Part shown: positions 27,701 to 39,903 of the stretch, one piece after another
How the letters are laid out: each line of letters begins with the position of its first letter
Numbering within the stretch: position 1 is the stretch's first letter
Assembly: GCA_964016885.1 (NCBI GenBank)
Contig: OZ024746.1
Span: 52,142,001-52,206,000, forward strand
Length of the DNA: 64,000 nt
From: Eledone cirrhosa
Lineage: Eukaryota
Direction of reading: 5' to 3'
Made by a program: the position numbers and the translations under genes
The notes under the pieces: generated by a model
What the model was told of the DNA's origin: nothing
The model's database searches: none
The model's input: the letters and a program-made list of their open reading frames with translations, nothing else

Positions 27701-30700
27701 ATGTTATACTTAGTATGGAGTAGTGTTTGGTATAGAATGGTGTATATAGGTGTGTCTTGTATGGTAAGGAATTCTATGTATTGGGTATGTTATACTTTGA
27801 ATAGAGTTGTGTAATTTATAGAATGGTGTATATAGAGGTGTGTTGTATGGTATGGAATTTTATGTATTGGGTATGTTATACTTAATATGGAGTAGTGTAT
27901 GGTATAGAATGCTGTATATATGTGTGTGTTGTATGGTATGGAATTCTGTGTATTGGGTATGTTATACTTAGTATGGAGTAGTGTATGGTATAGAATGGTG
28001 TATATAGCTGTGTGTTGTATGGTATGGAATTCTATGTATTGGGTATGTTATACAGAATATGGAATAGTGTATGGTATAGAATGGTGTATATAGGTGTATG
28101 TTGTAAGGTATGGAATTCTATGTATTGGGTATGTTATAATTTGTATGGAGTAGTGTATGGTATAGAATGGTGTATATAGGTGTGTGTCGTATGGTATGGA
28201 TTTCTATGTATTGGTTATGTTATATTTAGTATGGAGTAGTGTATGGCATAGAATAGTGTCTATAGGTGTGTGTTGTATGGTATGGAATTCAATGTATTGG
28301 GTATGTTATACTTAGTATGAAGTAGTGAATGGTATAGTATGGTGTATATAGGTGTGTCATGTATGGTAAGGAATTCTATGTATTGGGTATGTTATACTTA
28401 GTATGGAGTAGTGTATGGTATAGAATGGTGTATATAGGTGTGTGTTGTATGGTATGGAATTCTATGTATTAGGTATGTTATATTGAGTATGGAGTAGTGT
28501 ATGCTATCGAACTGTGTATATAGGTGTGTGTTGTATGGTATGGAATTCTATGAATTGGGTATGTTATATTTAGTATGGAGTAGTGTATGGTATAGAATGG
28601 TGTATATAGGTGTGTGTTGTATAGTATGGAATTCTATGTATTGGGTATGTTATACTTAGTATGCAGTAGTGTATGGCATAGACTGGTGTATATAGGTGTG
28701 TGTTGTATGGTATGGAATGCTATGTATTGGGTTGTTATACTTAGTATGGAGTAGTGTATGGTATAGAATGGTGTAAATAGGTGTGTGTTGTATGGTATGG
28801 AATTCTATGTATTGGTTATGTTATATTTAGTATGGAGTAGTGTATGGCATAGAATGGTGTATATAGGTGTGTGTTGTATGGTATGGAATTTTATGTATTG
28901 GGTATGTTATACTTAGTATGGAGTAGTGTATGGTATAGTATGGTGTATATAGGTGTGTGTTGTATGGTAAGGAATTCTATGTATTGGGTATGTTATACTT
29001 TCAATAGAGTAGTGTATGGTATAGAATGGTGTATATAGGTGTGTGTTGTATGGTATGGAATTCTATGTATTGGGTATGTTATAGTTAGTATGGAGTAGTG
29101 TATGGTATAGAATGGTGTATATAGGTGTGTGTTGTATGGTATGGAATTCTATGTATTAGGTATGTTATACTGAGTATGGAGTAGTGTATGGTATCGAATG
29201 GTGTATATAGGTGTGTGTTGTATGGTATCGAATGGTGTATATAGGTGTGTGTTGTATGGTATGGAATTCTATGAATTGGGTATGTTATATTTAGTATGGA
29301 GTAGTGTATGGTATAGAATGGTGTATATAGGTGTGTGTTGTATGGTATGGAATTCTATGTATTGGGTATGTTATACTTAGTATGGAGTAGTGTATGGCAT
29401 AGACTGGTGTATATAGGTGTGTGTTGTATGGTATGGAATGCTATGTATTGGGTATGTTATACTTAGTATGGAGTAGAGTATGGTATAGAATGGTGTATAT
29501 AGGTGTGTGTTGTATGGTATGGAATTCTATGTATTGGTTATGTTATATTTAGTATGGAGTAGTGTATGGCATAGTATGGTGTATTACGGTGTATGTTGTA
29601 TGGTATGGAATTCTATGTATTGGGTATGTTATACTTAGTATGGAGTAGTGTATGGTATAGTATGGTGTATATAGGTGTGTCTTGTATGGTAAGGAATTCT
29701 ATGTATTGGGTATGTTATACTTTGAATAGAGTAGTGTATGTCATAGGCTGGTGAATATAGGTGTGTGTTGTATGTTATGGAATGCTATATATTGGGTATG
29801 TTATACTTTGTATGGAGTAGAGTATGGTATAGAATGGTGTATATAGGTGTGTGTTGTAAGGTATGGAATTCTATGTATTAGGTACGTTATATTGAGTATG
29901 GAGTAGTGTATGGTATAGAATGGTGTATATAGGTATGTGTTGTATGGTATGGAATTCTATATATTGGTTATGTTATACTTAATATGGAGTAGTGTATGGT
30001 ATAGAATGGTGTATATAGGTGTGTGTTGTATGGTATGGAATTCTATGTATTAGGTATGTTATACTGAGTATGGAGTAGTGTATGGTATAGATTGGTGTAT
30101 ATAGGTACGTGTTGTATGGTATGGAATTCTATGAATTGGGTATGTTATATTTAGTATGGAGTAGTGTATGGCATAGACTGGTGTATATAGGTGTGTGTTG
30201 TATGGTATGGAATTTTATGTATTGGGTATGTTATACTTTGTATGGAGTAGTGTATGGTATAGAATGGTGTATGTAGATGTGTGCTGTATGGTATGGAATT
30301 CTATGTATTAGGTATGTTATACTGAGTATGGATTAGTGTAAGGTATAGAATGGTGTATATAGGTGTGTGTTGTATGGTATGGAATTCTATGAATTGGGTA
30401 TGTTATATTTAGTATGGAGTAGTGCATGGTATAGAATGGTGTATATAGGTGTGTGTTGTATGGTATGGAATTCTATGTATTGGGTATGTTATACTTAGTA
30501 TGGAGTAGTGTATGGCATAGACTGGTGTATATAGGTGTGTGTTGTATGGAATGGAATGCTATGTATTGGGTATGTTATACTTTGTATGGAGTAGCGTATG
30601 GTATAGAATGGTGTATATAGGTGTGTGTTGTATGGTATGGAATTCTATGTATTGGGTATGTTATACTTAGTATGGAGTAGTGTATGGTATAGAATGGTGT

Positions 30701-32300
30701 ATATAGCTGTGTGTCGTATGGTATGGAATTCTATGTATTGGTTATGTTATATTTAGTATGGAGTAGTGTATGGCATAGAATGGTGTATATAGGTGTGTGT
30801 TGTATGGTATGGAATTCAATGTATTGGGTATGTTATACTTAGTATGAAGTAGTGAATGGTATAGTATGGTGTATATAAGTGTGTCATGTATGGCAAGGAA
30901 TTCTATGTGTTGGGTATGTTATACTTTGAATAGAGTAGTGTATGGTATAGAATGGTGTATATAGATGTGTGTTGTATGGTATGGAATTTTATGTATTGGG
31001 TATGTTATACTTAATATGGAGTAGTGTATGGTATAGAATGCTGTATATATGTGTGTGTTGTATGGTATGGAATTCTATGTATTGTGTATGTTATATTTTG
31101 TATGGTGTAGTGTATGGTATAGAATGGTGTATATAGGTGTGTGTTGTATGGTATGGAATTCTATGTATTGGGTATGTTATACTGAATATGGAATAGTGTA
31201 TGGTATAGAATGGTGTATATAGGTGTATGTTGTAAGGTATGGAATTCAATGTATTGGATATGTTATAATTTGTATGGAGTAGTGTATGGTATAGAATGGG
31301 TATATAGGTGTGTGTCGTATGGTATGGATTTCTATGTATTGGTTATGTTATATTTAGTATGGAGTAGTGTATGGCATAGAATGGTGTATATAGGTGTGTG
31401 TTGTATGGTATGGAATTCAATGTATTGGGTATGTTATACTTAGTATGAAGTAGTGAATGGTATAGTATGGTGTATATAGGTGTGTCATGTATGGTAAGGA
31501 ATTCTATGTATTGGGTATGTTATACTTAGTATGGAGTAGTGTATGGTATAGAATGGTGTATATAGGTGTGTGTTGTATGGTATGGAATTCTATGTATTAG
31601 GTATGTTATACTGAGTATGGAGTAGTGTATGGTATCGAATGGTGTAGATAGGTGTGTGTTGTATGGTATGGAATTCTATGAATTGGGTATGTTATATTTA
31701 GTATGGAGTAGTGTATGGTATAGAATGGTGTATATAGGTGTGTGTTGTATAGTATGGAATTCTATGTATTGGGTATGTTATACTTAGTATGGAGTAGTGT
31801 ATGGCATAGACTGGTGTATATAGCTGTGTGTTGTATGGTATGGAATGCTATGCATTGGGTATGTTATACTTAGTATGGAGTAGAGTATGGTATAGAATGG
31901 TGTATATAGGTGTGTGTTGTATGGTATGGAATTTTATGTATTGGTTATGTTATATTTAGTATGGAGTAGTGTATGGCATAGAATGGTGTATATAGGTGTG
32001 TGTTGTATGGTATGGAATTTTATGTATTGGGTATGTTATACTTAGTATGGAGTAGTGTATGGTATAGTATGGTGTATATAGGTGTGTCTTGTATGGTAAG
32101 GAATTCTATGTATTGGGTATGTTATACTTTGAATAGAGTAGTGTATGGTATCGAATGGTGTATATAGGTGTGTGTTGTATGGTATCGAATGGTGTATATA
32201 GGTGTGTGTTGTATGGTATGGAATTCTATGAATTGGGTATGTTATACTGAGTATGGAGTAGTGTATGGTATCGAATGGTGTATATATGTGTGTGTTGTAT
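26600..32300. repeat. Non-adjacent paralogous block matching about 13500-20450 (offset about 12-13 kb)
   Basis: Rare markers occur in the same order in both blocks: GCTATCGAACTG at 15406/28503, GTCATAGGCTG at about 16814/29740, GTGTAAGG after GGATT at about 17410/30337, ATTGGATATG at about 19531/31253, CATAGAC..TAGCTG at about 20100/31821, and adjacent 34-bp duplications at 20340/32147. Confidence 0.8.
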
Positions 32301-35300
32301 GGCATAGACTGGTGTATATAGGTGTGTGTTGTATGGTATGGAATGCTATGTATTGGGTATGTTATACTTTGTATGGAGTAGTGTATGGCATAGACTGGTG
32401 TATATAGGTGTGTGTTGTATGGTATGTAATTTTATGTATTGTGTATGTTATACTTTGTATGGAGTAGTGTATGGTATAGAATGGTGTATATAGGTGTGTG
32501 TTGTATTGCATGGAATTCTATGTATTGGGTATGTTATACTTAGTATGGAGTAGTGTATGGCATAGACTGGTGTATATAGGTGTGTGTTGTATGGTATGGA
32601 ATGCTATGTATTGGGTATGTTATACTTTGTATGGAGTAGTGTATGGTATAGAATGGTGTATATAGGTGTGTGTTGTATGGTATGGAATTCTATGTATTGG
32701 GTATGTTATACTTAGTATGGAGTAGTGTATGGTATAGAATGGTGTATATAGGTGTGTGTCTTATGGTATGGAATTCTATGTATTGGTTATGTTATATTTA
32801 GTATGGAGTAGTGTATGGCATAGAATGGTGTATATAGGTGTGTGTTGTATGGTATGGAATTCTATGTATTGGGTATGTTATACTTTGAATAGAGTAGTGT
32901 ATGGTATAGAATGGTGTATATAGATGTGTGCTGTATGGTATGGAATTCTATGTATTAGGTATGTTATACTGAGTATGGATTAGTGTATGGTATAGAATGG
33001 TGTATATAGGTGTGTGTTGTATGGTATGGAATTCTATGAATTGGGTATGTTATATTTAGTATGGAGTAGTGTATGGTATATAATGGTGTATATAGGTGTG
33101 TGTTGTATGGTATGGAATTCTATATATTGGGTATGTTATACTTAGTATGGAGTAGTGTATGGCATAGACTGGTGTATATAGGTGTGTGTTGTATGGTAAG
33201 GAATTCTATGTATTGGGTATGTTATACTTTGAATAGAGTAGTGTATGGTATAGAATGGTGTATATAGATGTGTGCTGTATGGTATGGAATTCTATGTATT
33301 AGGTATGTTATACTGAGTATGGATTAGTGTATGGTATAGAATGGTGTATATAGGTGTGTGTTGTATGGTATGGAATTCTATGAATTGGGTATGTTATATT
33401 TAGTATGGAGTAGTGTATGGTATAGAATGGTGTATATAGGTGTGTGTTGTATGGTATGGAATTCAATGTATTGGGTATGTTATACTTAGTATGAAGTAGT
33501 GAATGGTATAGTATGGTGTATATAGGTGTGTCATGTATGGCAAGGAATTCTATGTGTTGGGTATGTTATACTTTGAATAGAGTAGTGTATGGTATAGAAT
33601 GATGTATATAGATGTGTGTTGTATGGTATGGAATTTTATGTATTGGGTATGTTATACTTAATATGGAGTAGTGTATGGTATAGAATGCTGTATATATGTG
33701 TGTGTTGTATGGTATGGAATTCTATGTATTGTGTATGTTATATTTTGTATGGTGTAGTGTATGGTATTGAATGGTGTATATAGGTGTGTGTTGTATGGTA
33801 TGGAATTCTATGTATTGGGTATGTTATACTAAATATGGAATAGTGTATGGTATAGAATGGTGTATATAGGTGTATGTTGTAAGGTATGGAATTCTATGTA
33901 TTGGGTATGTTATAATTTGTATGGAGTAGTGTATGGTATAGAATGGTGTATATAGGTGTGTGTCGTATGGTATGGATTTCTATGTATTGGTTATGTTATA
34001 TTTAGTATGGAGTAGTGTATGGCATAGAATGGTGTATATAGGTGTGTGTTGTATGGTATGGAATTCAATGTATTGGGTATGTTATACTTAGTATGAAGTA
34101 GTGAATCGTATAGTATGGTGTATATAGGTGTGTCATGTATGGTAAGGAATTCTATGTATTGGGTATGTTATACTTAGTATGGAGTCGTGTATGGTATAGA
34201 ATGGTGTATATAGGTGTGTGTTGTATGGTATGGAATTCTATGTATTAGGTATGTTATACTGAGTATGGAGTAGTGTATGGTATCGAATGGTGTATATAGG
34301 TGTGTGTTGTATGGTATGGAATTCTATGAATTGGGTATGTTATATTTAGTATGGAGTAGTGTATGGTATAGAATGGTGTATACAGGTGTGTGTTGTATAG
34401 TATGGAATTCTATGTATTGGGTATGTTATACTTAGTATGGAGTAGTGTATGGCATAGACTGGTGTATATAGGTGTGTGTTGTATGGTATGGAATTCTATG
34501 TATTGGTTATGTTATATTTAGTATGGAGTAGTGTATGGCATAGAATGGTGTATATAGGTGTGTCTTGTATGGTAAGGAATTCTATGTATTGGGTATGTTA
34601 TACTTTGAATAGAGTAGTGTATGGTATAGAATGGTGTATATAGGTGTGTGTTGTATGGTATGGAATTCTATGTATTGGGTATGTGATATTTAGTATGGAG
34701 TAGTGTATGGCATAGACTGGTGAATATAGGTGTGTGTTGTATGTTATGGAATGCTATGTATTGGTTATGTTATACTTTGTATGGAGTAGTGTATGGTATA
34801 GAATGGTGTATATAGGTGTGTGTTGTATGGTATGGAATTCTATGTATTAGGTATGTTATACTGAGTATGGAGTAGTGTATGGTATAGATTGGTGTATATA
34901 GGTGCGTGTTGTATGGTATGGAATTCTATGAATTGGGTATGTTATATTTAGTATGGAGTAGTGTATGGCATAGACTGGTGTATATAGGTGTGTGTTGTAT
35001 GGTATGGAATTTTATGTATTGGGTATGTTATACTTTCTATGGAGTAGTGTATGGTATAGAATGGTGTATATAGGTGTGTGTTGTATTGCATGGAATTCTA
35101 TGTATTGGGTATGTTATACTTAGTATGGAGTAGTGTATGGCATAGACTGGTGTATATAGGTGTGTGTTGTATGGTATGGAATGCTATGTATTGGGTATGT
35201 TATACTTTGTATGGAGTAGTGTATGGTATAGAATGGTGTATATAGGTGTGTGTTGTATGGTATGGAATTCTATGTATTGGGTATGTTATACTTAGTATGG

Positions 35301-36084
35301 AGTAGTGTATGGTATAGAATGGTGTATATAGGTGTGTGTCTTATGGTATGGAATTCTATGTATTGGTTATGTTATATTTAGTATGGAGTAGTGTATGGCA
35401 TAGAATGGTGTACATAGGTGTGTGTTGTATGGTATGGAATTCTATGTATTGGGTATGTTATACTTTGAATAGAGTAGTGTATGGTATAGAATGGTGTATA
35501 TAGATGTGTGCTGTATGGTATGGAATTCTATGTATTAGGTATGTTATACTGAGTATGGATTAGTGTATGGTATAGAATGGTGTATATAGGTGTGTGTTGT
35601 ATGGTATGGAATTCAATGTATTGGGTATGTTATACTTAGTATGAAGTAGTGAATGGTATAGTATGGTGTATATAGGTGTGTCATGTATGGTAAGGAATTC
35701 TATGTATTGGGTGTGTTATACTTAGTATGGAGTAGTGTATGGTATAGAATGGTGTATATAGGTGTGTGTTGTATGGTATGGAATTCTATGAATTGGGTAT
35801 GTTATATTTAGTATGGAGTAGTGTATGGTATAGAATGGTGTATATAGGTGTGTGTTGTATGGTATGGAATTCTATGTGTTGGGTATGTTATACTTAATAT
35901 GGAGTAGTGTATGGCATAGACTGGTGTATATAGGTGTGTGTTGTATGGTATGGAATGCTATGTATTGGGTATGTTATACTTAGTATGGAGTAGAGTATGG
36001 TATAGAATGGTGTATATAGGTGTGTGTTGTATGGTATGGAATTCTATGTATTGGTTATGTTATATTTAGTATGGAGTAGTGTAT

Positions 36085-39000
36085 GGCATGGAATGGTGTA
36101 TTACGGTGTATGTTGTATGGTATGGAATTCTATGTATTGGGTATGTTATACTTAGTATGGAGTAGTGTATCTTATAGTATGGTGTATATAGGTGTGTCTT
36201 GTATGGTAAGGAATTCTATGTATTGGGTATGTTATACTTTGAATAGAGTAGTGTATGGCATAGGCTGGTGAATATAGGTGTGTGTTGTATGTTATGGAAT
36301 GCTATGTATTGGGTATGTTATACTTTGTATGGAGTATTGTATGGTATAGAATGGTGTATATAGGTGTGTGCTGTATGGTATGGAATTCTATGTATTGGGT
36401 ATGTTATAGTTAGTATGGAGTAGTGTATGGTATAGAATGGTGTATATAGGTGTGTGTTGTATGGTATGGAATTCTATGTATTAGGTACGTTATATTGAGT
36501 ATGGAGTAGAGTATGGTATAGAATGGTGTATATAGGTGTGTGTTGTATGGTATGGAATTCTATATATTGGGTATGTTATACTTAATATGGAGTAGTGTAT
36601 GGTATAGAATGGTGTATATAGGTGTGTGTTGTATGGTATGGAATTCTATGTATTAGGTATGTTATACTGAGTATGGAGTAGTGTATGGTATAGATTGGTG
36701 TATATAGGGGCGTGTTGTATGGTATGGAATTCTATGAATTGGGTATGTTATATTTAGTATGGAGTAGTGTATGGCATAGACTGGTGTATATAGGTGTGTG
36801 TTGTATGGTATGGAATTTTATGTATTGGGTATGTTATACTTTCTATGGAGTAGTGTATGGTATAGAATGGTGTATATAGGTGTGTGTTGTATTGCATGGA
36901 ATTCTATGTATTGGGTATGTTATACTTAGTATGGAGTAGTGTATGGCATAGACTGGTGTATATAGGTGTGTTTTTGTATGATATGGAATGCTATGTATTG
37001 GGTATGTTATACTTTGTATGGAGTAGTGTATGGTATAGAATGGTGTATATAGGTGTGTGTTGTATGGTATGGAATTCTATGTATTGGGTATGTTATACTT
37101 AGTATGGAGTAGTGTATGGTATAGAATGGTGTATATAGGTGTGTGTCTTATGGTATGGAATTCTATGTATTGGTTATGTTATATTTAGTATGGAGTAGTG
37201 TATGGCATAGAATGGTGTACATAGGTGTGTGTTGTATGGTATGGAATTCTATGTATTGGGTATGTTATACTTTGAATAGAGTAGTGTATGGTATAGAATG
37301 GTGTATATAGATGTGTGCTGTATGGTATGGAATTCTATGTATTAGGTATGTTATACTGAGTATGGATTAGTGTATGGTATAGAATGGTGTATATAGGTGT
37401 GTGTTGTATGGTATGGAATTCTATGAATTGGGTATGTTATATTTAGTACGGAGTAGTGTATGGTATAGAATGGTGTATATAGGTGTGTGTTGTATGGTAT
37501 GGAATTCTATGTATTGGGTATGTTATACTTAGTATGGAGTAGTGTATGGCATAGACTGGTGTATATAGGTGTGTGTGGTATGGAATGGAATGCTATGTAT
37601 TGGGTATGTTATACTTTGTATGGAGTAGCGTATGGTATAGAATGGTGTATATAGGTGTGTGTTGTATGGTATGGAATTCTATGTATTGGGTATGTTATAC
37701 TTAGTATGGAGTAGTGTATGGTATAGAGTGGTGTATATAGCTGTGTGTCGTATGGTATGGAATTCTATGTATTGGTTATGTTATATTTAGTATGGAGTAG
37801 TGTATGGCATAGAATGGTGTATATAGGAGTGTGTTGTATGGTATGGAATTCAATGTATTGGGTATGTCATACTTAGTATGAAGTAGTGAATGGTATAGTA
37901 TGGTGTATATAGGTGTGTCATGTATGGCAAGGAATTCTATGTGTTGGGTATGTTATACTTTGAATAGAGTAGTGTATGGTATAGAATGGTGTATATAGAT
38001 GTGTGTTGTATGGTATGGAATTTTATGTATTGGGTATGTTATACTTAATATGGAGTAGTGTATGGTATAGAATGCTGTATATATGTGTGTGTTGTATGGT
38101 ATGGAATTCTATGTATTGTGTATGTTATATTTTGTATGGTGTAGTGTATGGTATAGAATGGTGTATATAGGTGTGTGTTGTATGGTATGGAATTCTATGT
38201 ATTGGGTATGTTATACTGAATATGGAATAGTGTATGGTATAGAATGGTGTATATAGGTGTATGTTGTAAGGTATGGAATTCTATGTATTGGGTATGTTAT
38301 AATTTGTATGGAGTAGTGTATGGTATAGAATGGTGTATATAGGTGTGTGTCGTATGGTATGGATTTCTATGTATTGGTTATGTTATATTTAGTATGGAGT
38401 AGTGTATGGCATAGAATAGTGTATATAGGTGTGTGTTGTATGGTATGGAATTCAATGTATTGGGTATGTTATACTTAGTATGAAGTAGTGAATGGTATAG
38501 TATGGTGTATATAGGTGTGTCATGTATGGTAAGGAATTCTATGTATTGGGTGTGTTATACTTAGTATGGAGTAGTGTATGGTATAGAATGGTGTATATAG
38601 GTGTGTGTTGTATGGTATGGAATTCTATGTATTAGGTATGTTATACTGAGTATGGAGTAGTGTATGGTATCGAATGGTGTATATAGGTGTGTGTTGTATG
38701 GTATGGAATTCTATGAATTGGGTATGTTATATTTAGTATGGAGTAGTGTATGGTATAGAATGGTGTATATAGGTGTGTGTTGTATAGTATGGAATTCTAT
38801 GTATTGGGTATGTTATACTTAGTATGGAGTAGTGTATGGCATAGACTGGTGTATATAGGTGTGTGTTGTATGGTATGGAATGCTATGTATTTGGTATGTT
38901 TTACTTAGTATGGATTAGAGTATGGTATAGAATGGTGTATATAGGTGTGTGTTGTATGGTATGGAATTCTATGTATTGGTTATGTTTTATTTAGTATGGA

Positions 39001-39903
39001 GTAGCGTATGGCATAGAATGGTGTATATAGGTGTGTGTTGTATGGTATGGAATTTTATGTATTGGGTATGTTATACTTAGTATGGAGTAGTGTATGGTAT
39101 AGTATGGTGTATATAGGTGTTTCTTGTATGGTAAGGAATTCTATGTATTGGGTATGTTATACTTTGAATAGAGTAGTGTATGGTATAGAATGGTGTATAT
39201 AGGTGTGTGTTGTATTGTATGGAATTCTATGTATTGGGTATGTGATATTTAGTATGGAGTAGTGTATGGCATAGACTGGTGAATATAGGTGTGTGTTGTA
39301 TGTTATGGAATGCTATGTATTGGTTATGTTATACTTTGTATGGAGTAGTGTATGGTATAGAATGGTGTATATAGGTGTGTGTTGTATGGTATGGAATTCT
39401 ATGTATTGGGTATGTTATAGTTAGTATGGAGTAGTGTATGGTATAGAATGGTGTATATAGGTGTGTGTTGTAAGGTATGGAATTCTATGTATTAGGTATG
39501 TTATACTGAGTATGGAGTAGTGTATGGTATCGAATGGTGTATATAGGTGTGTGTTGTATGGTATCGAATGGTGTATATAGGTGTGTGTTGTATGGTATGG
39601 AATTCTATGAATTGGGTATTATATATTTAGTATGGAGTAGTGTATGGTATAGAATGGTGTATATAGGTGTGTGTTGTATGGTATGGAATTCTATGTATTG
39701 GGTATGTTATACTTAGTATGGAGTAGTGTATGGCATAGACTGGTGTATATAAGTGTGTGTTGTGTGGTATGGAATGCTATGTATTGGGTATGTTATACTT
39801 AGTATGGAGTAGAGTATGGTATAGAATGGTGTATATAGGTGTGTGTTGTATGGTATGGAATTCTATGTATTGGTTATGTTATATTTAGTATGGAGTAGTT
39901 TAT
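36085..39903. repeat. One complete copy of a 44-monomer higher-order repeat (43x86 + one 120-bp monomer = 3818 bp; 3819 bp here because of a 1-bp insertion near 36970)
   Basis: The TTACGG marker is at 36101 and 39920 (3819 apart). I walked all 44 monomers between them, and the same order of variants recurs in part at about 16.3-20.3, 29.2-32.1, 41.2-44.3, 51.2-54.6 and 54.6-58.1 kb. Confidence 0.85.
39526..39645. repeat. Representative 120-bp variant monomer containing a tandem duplication of the 34-mer GGTATCGAATGGTGTATATAGGTGTGTGTTGTAT
   Basis: Read directly from the sequence. Other copies start at about 1452, 16265, 20340, 20460, 22386, 23275, 23395, 29190, 32147, 32267 (chimeric), 41194, 44754, 47196, 47839, 48561, 51175, 54564, 58122, 60389 and 62915. 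Confidence 0.95.

Noticed and set aside
36085-39903. The ordered variants as an information-bearing code or a diversity-generating cassette system
   Set aside because: The order is adequately explained by inheritance through block duplication and whole-monomer deletion. No recombinase, reverse transcriptase, expression site or open reading frame is present to read or use it.
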